A DNA stretch of 64,000 bases from Deltaproteobacteria bacterium (GTDB lineage: Bacteria; Myxococcota_A; Polyangia; Fen-1088): the NCBI GenBank assembly GCA_033763315.1, contig JANRKS010000006.1, positions 1-64,000 on the forward strand. Reading direction: 5' to 3'. The translations under genes and the position numbers were made by a program. The notes below the pieces were generated by a model. It saw only the letters and a list, made by a program, of their open reading frames with translations. It ran no database searches and was not told where the DNA came from. Below, piece after piece: positions 56,712 through 64,000 of this stretch (the stretch's first letter is position 1; every line of letters starts with the position of its first letter).

Positions 56712-57965
56712 TCAGTCGTAGACACCACCGGGTGGTTCGGTAGAAAGGTTTGACTCAACCAGAATGCGCGAGAAGGTGGTTCCCTCTTCCCGATACGCAA
56801 ACTCAAGCGTGTGGCTACCTGCGGAAAGTGTAGGCTGAACGACGGCATTCGATGCGCCGGAATCGCGAACGTCGGCCCAGCCGTAGCTGCCCATGCCCAC
56901 GATGTTGTCCCACTTGATCCAAGTGCCGTGATCGATCCGCACCCAGAATGAATCGGATGATGTGGACGGCGCGGTGACGAGCACCCAGAACTTCACCTTC
57001 GTGGTGGCACCCAGTTGGAAGTCAAAGCGAGCGTATCCAGTATCTGGGGCGGCGTTCAGGCTGTTGTAGCCTGGGAACACCTTGGCCTCTTCATCGCTCC
57101 AATCGAAGAACATCGGCGACGAGTAAGAGGCGCCGTAGCCGTCTCGAATGACGAGGGGGTAGTTATTGGACGCGAAGCCCGAGCACCACACCTGCGAGGG
57201 CGTTCCGGTGTAACCAGAGCGCACCGGCACCACGCGGAAACAGCCCGTGGACTGCGCGTTGTAGACCAGGTTCGAATTGTTTTGCACGGAGGAGAAAGCT
57301 CCAGAAGCCTGCTGCTTCTCAATCTGGTAGCTGGTGGCCCCTGCCACAGCCGTCCAGGTGAAGCGAATCCGGTTGCTGCCGCTCACGTGGCTGAGCACCG
57401 GGGCGGCCAGCGGCGAGGAGAACGCCGTGGGCGAATAGTTCGGGTTGTCCGTGAACACCAGCGCGTCTAGCTGCACGTTGTTCTCACGATAAGCCACATC
57501 AAAGTCGTGGGCGCCTGCGGTCAGGTTGAACGTGACAGCAGATTTATCACCGTTGACGCTATCGTGAACGAAATCCCAGTGCCAAGCCGAGCCAAGGGCG
57601 ATGTCCATCCAGCGCACCCAGGTGCCGCCATCGAAGCGAACCCACAGCGAATCCGACGTGGTATCCGGCGCCTTCACGCGACCATACACGCCATAGACGC
57701 CGGCGTTGGTCAGCTCGATGTGGTATCGCGCGATGCCGGTCGCGGGCGGCGCGTTCAAGCTGTTGAGCCCGGAGGGCACTTTGACGAGAGAGCCGTCGGA
57801 CGCCAAGACCGCGTCCTCAATTCGCAAAGGGGACGTGATGCTGTTGCCACCTTCGCTGCTCGCGGCTCGCACCGACTCCGCTTCGACCCAAAGAGTGTCC
57901 GCGCTTGCGGATAGTGAAGGCAGAAGTGCTGCCACTGCCAGGGACAAGATTGTCTTCGTACGCAT
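56712..57965 (-). CDS. Secreted protein with two CBM-like sandwiches flanking an FN3-like domain
   Basis: Sec signal ASA; internal duplication NSLNAP..TG.ARY...APDTTSDSLWVR.D.GTW..W...L.AG.H....AYRE; FTWTAVAGATSYQI. Confidence 0.8.
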   Translation of the reverse strand: MRTKTILSLAVAALLPSLSASADTLWVEAESVRAASSEGGNSITSPLRIEDAVLASDGSLVKVPSGLNSLNAPPATGIARYHIELTNAGVYGVYGRVKAPDTTSDSLWVRFDGGTWVRWMDIALGSAWHWDFVHDSVNGDKSAVTFNLTAGAHDFDVAYRENNVQLDALVFTDNPNYSPTAFSSPLAAPVLSHVSGSNRIRFTWTAVAGATSYQIEKQQASGAFSSVQNNSNLVYNAQSTGCFRVVPVRSGYTGTPSQVWCSGFASNNYPLVIRDGYGASYSSPMFFDWSDEEAKVFPGYNSLNAAPDTGYARFDFQLGATTKVKFWVLVTAPSTSSDSFWVRIDHGTWIKWDNIVGMGSYGWADVRDSGASNAVVQPTLSAGSHTLEFAYREEGTTFSRILVESNLSTEPPGGVYD

Positions 57966-58144
57966 GTTTTTTCCTTTTCAAGCACCCGTGTTGAAAGGCT
58001 TGGGTGCTGTTGGGTGGACGGTTCCCGGGCGAAAAGTCGCACGAATAAAAACCGGGGCGTGGTCAAAAGACTCCAGCTTGGCGGTGGCACTCATCCCGAC
58101 CCTAAGGCCCCCCAGGAACAGCCCAGATCAAACGAGCGACACAA

Positions 58145-59260
58145 CTACTGGCCGCCGTTGCTTTGCCAAAATGTGTCGTAACATTGTTTCTGTTCCGCAC
58201 ACGGCAAAGTTGCGCAGGCCTCGAACTGTGGAAGCTTTTCATCCAAAAACAGACCGCTCAAGTAACAGACGTCGTCGCTGCTCGCGACATTGGGGTCGGC
58301 CTCTCCGCAAGCCTTTGCGCCCTGTTCGCACACCAAGGCTCCACCTCTTAGAATCATCGTACAAACAAGCAGCTCATCGTTATAGCCGCCGGCTGAGCAC
58401 GCTTGAAGTGCGGCCGTATCCTTGTACGAGGGGGGGCTGGCCTCAAGGGCGGCGATTGATAGGCAGGCTTCGGCAAGATTTGACGAATCAATTTCGCCGC
58501 CCTTGTTTGTTATAAAGTTGCACAGTTCTGTTTTCTTTGTGTTCGCAACGCAGGCGTCGAAAATAGGCTCCACGCGGGGATTCAAAGCGCCTTTAGCGCG
58601 AATCGGCTCGAATACCTCTCGAACCTTTTTGCAAGCGTTGCTCGCCGCCAAGCGCTGCGCCTCTGTGGTGGTTCCCACACAACTTGCAACAAGGCCGGGA
58701 AAGTAGTCACATCCCACTTGTGCGGCAGCTGTGTCGGCACCACCATCAACCACAGCTTGATCCTCGGCGTAGGCAAAGCCCCAGACACCTGTCTCAGTCA
58801 CGTCTGCCTCCCAGTCTTCGTCGTTAGGTGGCACAGCGCCTACAAGCACAGCCGCACGTCGCACGGCAAAGCCTTCTGCCTTTCCTTGATTTCCCACTAA
58901 GACGTACCCTCGCATGGGCGCCGCAGGCGCAACGGCTTGTCGCAGGCGCGCGGCGCCAGTGAAAACCAGCGCTTCGCCCGTGATCTCGACGGCCACATCA
59001 CCGGCGGGCGTGCGCCCACGCTTGGCAAGCTGGCCCACCACCCTCACTCGCATGCGCGCAGGTTGCGACACAGACGCGGCCGGCACCGTCACAACGGCTC
59101 GACCACGACCGACGCCCACAGTGACGGAGACATCCTGCCTGCCGACTTCAACGATGGTTTCAGCGAACACCACGGCGTATGGCGCTGCATTCTTTTCATC
59201 CGAGCAGCCGGCGAAGGCTACAAAGGTTAACAAGGCAATGATTTGTCGTTTTCGATTCAT
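58145..59260 (-). CDS. Lipoprotein with ZU5-like N-domain and Cys-rich C-domain
   Basis: FAGC lipobox; AVVTVPAASV...VEIT...F.GAARL; many Cys; GAGGA RBS. Confidence 0.7.
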   Translation of the reverse strand: MNRKRQIIALLTFVAFAGCSDEKNAAPYAVVFAETIVEVGRQDVSVTVGVGRGRAVVTVPAASVSQPARMRVRVVGQLAKRGRTPAGDVAVEITGEALVFTGAARLRQAVAPAAPMRGYVLVGNQGKAEGFAVRRAAVLVGAVPPNDEDWEADVTETGVWGFAYAEDQAVVDGGADTAAAQVGCDYFPGLVASCVGTTTEAQRLAASNACKKVREVFEPIRAKGALNPRVEPIFDACVANTKKTELCNFITNKGGEIDSSNLAEACLSIAALEASPPSYKDTAALQACSAGGYNDELLVCTMILRGGALVCEQGAKACGEADPNVASSDDVCYLSGLFLDEKLPQFEACATLPCAEQKQCYDTFWQSNGGQ

Positions 59261-59498
59261 GACATCCTCAGAGTTGGGCGCAATCGCGATGACGCACCTG
59301 TTGAATCGCCTTCGCGGAGCTTCGAGAAGGCTTAACTCAACAGACACGTGGGCGAGGCCGAACCTTCCGTCCGAACCCCGCTGGCCCGCTTTACACCTGA
59401 CGATCGGCCAAGCTCGTTGCGCCAAAACTTCGCCTCGAAGGGCTAGGAATTGACCCAGGGAAGTCTTTGGCAGGATTGGTCCGCGCGTTAGCTGCGCC

Positions 59499-60902
59499 CT
59501 AAGGGATCTTCGGGCTCAATGCCGGACCGTCGCCGGTGGGCAGCTGCATCACCTTATCGATAACGAATCGATCGATCTTCGCCCCAGCCTCGCGCCGCTT
59601 AAGAGTGAAGGTGTTGTTGCCAGAGGTCGCAGCCGAGATGGTGCCCAGGTACACCCAAGCGAACGTCGCGCTGATCTGCAGATTCCCGCGCGTGTTCGTT
59701 CCGTCGTTGAGCCGAAAGAAAAGCGAATCTGCGGCGTTGGTCTCAGAGCGACGTCGGGCGTACACGTAGTAGGTCCCGGTGGTGGCAAGAGAGAGGGCGT
59801 AGCTCAACTCGGACGAGGCGACCTCACCGGGGTCCTTAATGGCGCCTTCAGGTACCACCACATAGCCTGCGCCAAGGAAGCCTGCGTCCGTGGTTTGCAC
59901 CGCCCACGCTATATCGCCATTTGCGTTGGCGCTGGTGAAGTCTTCGGCCTCGAAGACCACCTGCCCGTTTTGTTCGACGAAAGCGCCACCTGTAGCGCCA
60001 ACCTTGACATTGACGACAGCCGATTTGGTTGTTTGTGGAAGGCTGTCGTAAGCCACGGCCGAAAGTGCGCGTCCGCCCAACATGAGGTTCACGTTCGCCA
60101 AAGAAAAGGGCGCCGCCAGAACCTCGCCTAGCGAAGTCTCGCCATCGAAGAACACCACCTTCGAGACGATGTCTGCTGCGGAAGCCGCCGTGGCTTGCAA
60201 AGTTACGGGCATGCCGGCAGGCAAACTTGCATTCGCTGAGGGCTGCGTAATCGATACCGTGGGCGGCGCTACGCTTGTGATGGAAACGGGAGAAGAGTTG
60301 GCCGTTTTGTTGTCGCCCGTTGAGGCGCGCGCAACAAGCGTTCGCATGCCGGCAGGCAACATTGGTACTGACACCGTGAAGGGTGGTGTGGTGGACATGC
60401 CAAGGACGGTTTCACCTTCGAGAATCTCTACCCTCGCGATCTGTGCTGGTGACGCCACAGTGGCCGAAACGACGAACTCCACCGCCCGGGACTCTGCAAC
60501 CTTGCTTCCGCTCATGGGTTGCGTGATTGAGACGCTGGGCGTGGATTGCGTTGCGCCGCCTGTGCCTACAGAGCCGCCTGTGCCTACAGAGCCGCCTGTG
60601 CCTATCGAGCCGCCTGTGCCTATCGAGCCGCCTGTGCCTATCGAGCCGCCTGTGCCGCTGCCACCTTTACCGCCGACCCCGCTTGCACCCCCTGATCCGT
60701 TTTTTCCTCCAGAGCCGCCCTTACCCGCGGAGCCACCCGACGCGCTGTCGCCGCCTCCGCCGGAACCTGCGTTGTTGCCATCGTCGCCGTTGTCTCGGGA
60801 TCCAGAGGAGCTGCAGGCGAAAAGTAACGCGCCTGCGAGTGCCACGTTAAACGGAAGGCCAAGGAACGAGCGAGAGGAGCGAGTGACAAGTTTTATCGGC
60901 AT
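59499..60902 (-). CDS. Lipoprotein: Gly-rich tether, two Ig-like (Big_7-type) domains, CBM-like sandwich
   Basis: LFAC lipobox; two P(S/T)VSITQP...V.....G...LG....PF repeats; FVEQNGQVVFEAEDF...RREAGAKIDRF. Confidence 0.83.
   Translation of the reverse strand: MPIKLVTRSSRSFLGLPFNVALAGALLFACSSSGSRDNGDDGNNAGSGGGGDSASGGSAGKGGSGGKNGSGGASGVGGKGGSGTGGSIGTGGSIGTGGSIGTGGSVGTGGSVGTGGATQSTPSVSITQPMSGSKVAESRAVEFVVSATVASPAQIARVEILEGETVLGMSTTPPFTVSVPMLPAGMRTLVARASTGDNKTANSSPVSITSVAPPTVSITQPSANASLPAGMPVTLQATAASAADIVSKVVFFDGETSLGEVLAAPFSLANVNLMLGGRALSAVAYDSLPQTTKSAVVNVKVGATGGAFVEQNGQVVFEAEDFTSANANGDIAWAVQTTDAGFLGAGYVVVPEGAIKDPGEVASSELSYALSLATTGTYYVYARRRSETNAADSLFFRLNDGTNTRGNLQISATFAWVYLGTISAATSGNNTFTLKRREAGAKIDRFVIDKVMQLPTGDGPALSPKIP
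60555..60656 (-). repeat. Near-perfect 18-bp tandem repeat, five units plus a partial (GGS[I/V]GT)
   Basis: gccgcctgtgcctacaga x2, gccgcctgtgcctatcga x3, plus a partial unit. Confidence 0.9.
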
Positions 60903-60935
60903 GGTTGCTTAAGTGGAACGCAAACCAAAGACCGG

Positions 60936-60961
60936 CGTCAGTTGAGCTTACTCAACTGACG
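60936..60961. terminator. Perfect 11-bp hairpin between DUF1552 copy 6 and the downstream lipoprotein
   Basis: CGTCAGTTGAG-ctta-CTCAACTGACG. Confidence 0.55.
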
Positions 60962-61068
60962 AAGAGGTGTGGACCTGGCGTCCGCGTCCAATCCAACACC
61001 AGCGTGCAGCTTACTAGAAATGTTGGAGCTATTTGTTGGGCTCTGTCAGCGGCGAAGTGCCGCAACGC

Positions 61069-62487
61069 TTATCCCCTTAGGCGCTGGTGCACCATCGACG
61101 TTGTGTCGTACTTCGCCGTGCCGAAACTGTCAGTGGGCACGTCCATCGCGCGCGCCATGGATCCCAGCAACCCGTTGTGCGCCGTGCCCTTGAGATCCAG
61201 CCAACGCCCCGTCTTGTAGACGCCCAGGCTTCCCGCGAGAATGAATGGTACGCGCACAAGCGAGTGCCGCGGGCCTTCGCCCATGTGGTTCGCGAATAGC
61301 AAAAGGCTCGAGTCGAACAGGCGTGCGCCCGATGCACTTTTGGTGTCTTTGAAGCGTCGGATGAGGTCGGCGAAGACTTCAACGAACCACTTGTCCGCCA
61401 CCGCCTTGCGGCTGCCGCCTTCGTGCGCGATCTCGTGATGGCTGACTGAGCCCGTGCCGAAAGCGAGATCACCGGCGGACGACTGCTCCTTAAAGGCGTC
61501 TCCCAAGAACGCCAAGGAGACGTTCGATCCGCTCGCGTTAGGCAACATGAAGGTCACCACACGGGTCAGGTCGCATTTTAATGCCGTGATTGCGAGATCC
61601 ATCTGAAGCGACGTCAACTCGCGAAGCTTCGCCTTGTCCTTTGGATCGGTCCCATCGGCGGGTGCCTTTGCTTGGCAGCTTCCTGTGTCAACAGGCGGGC
61701 CAACGGCGTTAAGCTCCTCCTCCATCTTTCGAATCGACTGAAGGTGCTCCTCTAGCTTCAGTTTGTCCTCCGGGCCTAGCTTTCCGCCAAGCCTGGTGAG
61801 GTTACGGCCCACGACATCTAAGACGCTCTTGCGTTGGGTCCGCAACTTGTCCACCGCAGCTACAGGCAGGGATTGACCTTGAAACAGCCGTTTAAACACA
61901 GAGTAGGGGCTCTCATCCGGTTTGTTTCCGTCGGGCCACGTCTTGTTTGTGGTGGGGCCATTGAACGATATGAAGGCTTCAGTGGGATCGCTTCCAAAGA
62001 ACGATCCAGTGGTCTGTACACCGAGCTCCAAAGATTTGAACGCGGTTGGTGAACGAGCCTGCAACGCTTTCGCCACGTACTGATCAACGGAAATGGCGTT
62101 GCCCTTGATTCGGTCCTGCTGGTTCTCGCCACCGGTGTCGGTTCGCGCCGACAGCGCACCGGTCAGCAGATGCGGCAGACTTTGGTGCCCGGCAATGTCT
62201 CCGTGACCCAGCGGATCCTCTCGGGCAACCGTCAAGTCAAGTGACATGAAAATCGCGTCGGCTTGATGCGCGGCCAGAGGCTGGGTGCATTCAGGCAACG
62301 TAAAATTGGTTTCGGTACCTTTGGGGAAGAACTTGTCCGGAACCACGCCGTTGGTCCACTGCAATATCATCAGGCGCTTTGGTTCAGCCACAGCCCCCTG
62401 TGCATGGTCCTCCGTTAGCAAAGGCAAAAACGCAGGCGAGACTCCAAGCCCGCGCAGCAGAGTTCGGCGAGAAAACCTGTCGCTCAT
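61069..62487 (-). CDS. DUF1552 domain protein, copy 6
   Basis: FSRRTLLRG Tat signal; WTNGV, SLELG, SVLDVV, KLEEHLQSIR, CDLTRV, HHEIAH; AGGAG RBS. Confidence 0.9.
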   Translation of the reverse strand: MSDRFSRRTLLRGLGVSPAFLPLLTEDHAQGAVAEPKRLMILQWTNGVVPDKFFPKGTETNFTLPECTQPLAAHQADAIFMSLDLTVAREDPLGHGDIAGHQSLPHLLTGALSARTDTGGENQQDRIKGNAISVDQYVAKALQARSPTAFKSLELGVQTTGSFFGSDPTEAFISFNGPTTNKTWPDGNKPDESPYSVFKRLFQGQSLPVAAVDKLRTQRKSVLDVVGRNLTRLGGKLGPEDKLKLEEHLQSIRKMEEELNAVGPPVDTGSCQAKAPADGTDPKDKAKLRELTSLQMDLAITALKCDLTRVVTFMLPNASGSNVSLAFLGDAFKEQSSAGDLAFGTGSVSHHEIAHEGGSRKAVADKWFVEVFADLIRRFKDTKSASGARLFDSSLLLFANHMGEGPRHSLVRVPFILAGSLGVYKTGRWLDLKGTAHNGLLGSMARAMDVPTDSFGTAKYDTTSMVHQRLRG

Positions 62488-62488
62488 G

Positions 62489-64000
62489 TCAGAGATCTCC
62501 TGGGGTAGCGGTACGGTAAGCAAACGCGCGGGATCGTGCCAACGCGACAAACAGCTCTCGCACGTCCCCTGACGCTTCGAGGAAGCTGCCAAGCGACGAG
62601 CCAAGGGAGTTAAGATCAACCGCGCTCTCGAGGCGGTGTTGCATGAACCTGAAGGCTTGCCGAACGAGGCAATCCTTAACTTCAGAGCTTTCCCCCAACA
62701 ATCGACTTAGCTCGACCCCGTTCGCGAAGGCGTGATCGATTCCGTCCAGCTGAACCGTGCCCGATGCGTCCACAGCTTGTCCGTTGTCAGTGTCGCGGCG
62801 TTTACCAATGCCGTCGTAGTGCTCGAAGGCAAAGCCGAGCGGGTCCAGTTGCTCGTGGCAGCCCCGGCAACCCGGGTTGGCTCCGTGTTCGGCGAACCGC
62901 TGCCGGGTCGTGACGCCAGGTCGGGGCGGGGCGACATCAGGAATCTCGGCAGGAGGAACGCCCACGTCGCGGCAGAGGACCCTGGTGAAGATCACTTTGC
63001 CGCGCTTGACCGGGTGAGAGCCATTCGTCGCGCCTGACGCTGAGAGAAACGCCAACCGCGTCAGGATGCCCGCGCGCTGCCCCTCCATTAAATCAATAGC
63101 CTGCGCTGCCGAGCCGGCAGACACTCCATAAAGCCCCGCGGTCGTTTCATCGATCCACGCCTTTCGGGTGGATAGCAGCGTAGATAACTTTCCGTCGCCA
63201 GCGACAACCACGTTAGCCACGAGCGCTCGGGTTTCTGCCGCCATCGCCTTCGCCGTGTCTGCGCTGTACGTGGGGTAAATCTCGGGGCTCTTCGACGTGT
63301 CGAACAAGCGGTTCACGAGCAGCCATTCCTCAATGAACGCCGCCAGGCGCGGCTTCGCACGTTCATCCTTCAGCATTCGCCTCGCTTGCCGCTCGCGCTC
63401 TTGAACGTCGCCGAGCTTGGCATCGTCTGCCGCCTTCATGAGCTCGTCGTCGGGGGCGCTACCCCAAAGGAAGTAGGATAGGCGGCTGGCCAAGGTGTAG
63501 TCGTCGAGCCGCACCTGCTCCTTTGCTTCCCGGCGTCCGTCCTGCCAAAGGTAGAGGAACTGGGGCGATTGCAAAAGGGCGCTCAAGATGAGGCGTTCGG
63601 CCTCAACATGTCCCAGTGACAGATCTTTGCGCGCTTGCTCGTAAAGACCTCCATAGTCGGCAAGCTCCACCGGCGTCAACGGACGACGAAACAAGCGCTT
63701 CCCGGCTTTCTCCACGAAGGCGCGCCCGCAATTCGTTTCTGCCTGTGCGTTGCCCGCTTGGCAGGGATAGAGCCGAGCCAGGGTTTCCAAACCCTTTGCT
63801 GCCAAAGCTTCCGCAGCTTCGGCGAACGCCCGGGTCTGCGTAACATCTGCGGGACCTGCACCAACGAAGCCAAAGGACGTGCTGACGTTGCCCGGAAACA
63901 TGCGAGCGGGGCGTGTTTCGTCTCCCAACATGTCTTTGACCGTGGCGTCGTATTCATCGTTGGTGAGACGACGCAGAGCTAGAGGCCCCGTCGCGCTCGG
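62489..64000 (-). CDS. DUF1592/DUF1588-type cytochrome c-like protein, copy 6 (5' partial)
   Basis: Frame is open to the window edge (PSATGPLALRRLTNDEY); RLFRRPL, LLQSPQFLY, LASRLSYFLWGSAPDDEL, EHGANPGCRGCH. Confidence 0.9.
   Translation of the reverse strand, partial: PSATGPLALRRLTNDEYDATVKDMLGDETRPARMFPGNVSTSFGFVGAGPADVTQTRAFAEAAEALAAKGLETLARLYPCQAGNAQAETNCGRAFVEKAGKRLFRRPLTPVELADYGGLYEQARKDLSLGHVEAERLILSALLQSPQFLYLWQDGRREAKEQVRLDDYTLASRLSYFLWGSAPDDELMKAADDAKLGDVQERERQARRMLKDERAKPRLAAFIEEWLLVNRLFDTSKSPEIYPTYSADTAKAMAAETRALVANVVVAGDGKLSTLLSTRKAWIDETTAGLYGVSAGSAAQAIDLMEGQRAGILTRLAFLSASGATNGSHPVKRGKVIFTRVLCRDVGVPPAEIPDVAPPRPGVTTRQRFAEHGANPGCRGCHEQLDPLGFAFEHYDGIGKRRDTDNGQAVDASGTVQLDGIDHAFANGVELSRLLGESSEVKDCLVRQAFRFMQHRLESAVDLNSLGSSLGSFLEASGDVRELFVALARSRAFAYRTATPGDL

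Noticed and set aside
7180-64000. DUF pairs as recent duplications, an integron array or an assembly artefact
   Set aside because: Copies are highly diverged at protein level and occur in both orientations; no attC-like repeats or integrase were seen

Overview
The window looks like Myxococcota-type DNA (inferred from gene content) and is dense in secreted lipoprotein genes. Left edge: the right end of an IS481-family element inserted into a truncated DUF4143 gene, a Phd/VapC toxin-antitoxin pair, and a planctomycete-type DUF1549/DUF1553 cytochrome c + DUF1501 cassette with an AraC regulator. The dominant feature is six diverged copies of a two-gene module: a mono-CxxCH DUF1592/DUF1588-type lipoprotein followed by a twin-arginine DUF1552 (HxxSHH) protein. 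They are interspersed with about 15 further lipoproteins, many carrying carbohydrate-active or binding-like domains on Gly-rich tethers (CE6/SASA esterase, pectate_lyase_3-like, PL11-like, SMP-30, DUF2341-LamG, CBM-like sandwiches). Two tandem triads of ECF sigma, anti-sigma-TPR and outer-membrane-like protein lie in the middle. A bipartite motif, TGAGCCGT-N14-G(A/G)CG(A/G)C, sits upstream of six genes including one ECF gene, suggesting a local ECF regulon. Also present: a c-di-GMP-I riboswitch ahead of an NGL-repeat lipoprotein, a LOV-domain hybrid kinase operon, and a LysR/epimerase pair. No rRNA, tRNA or CRISPR array was recognised. All family calls come from motif recognition by eye; no database searches were run.
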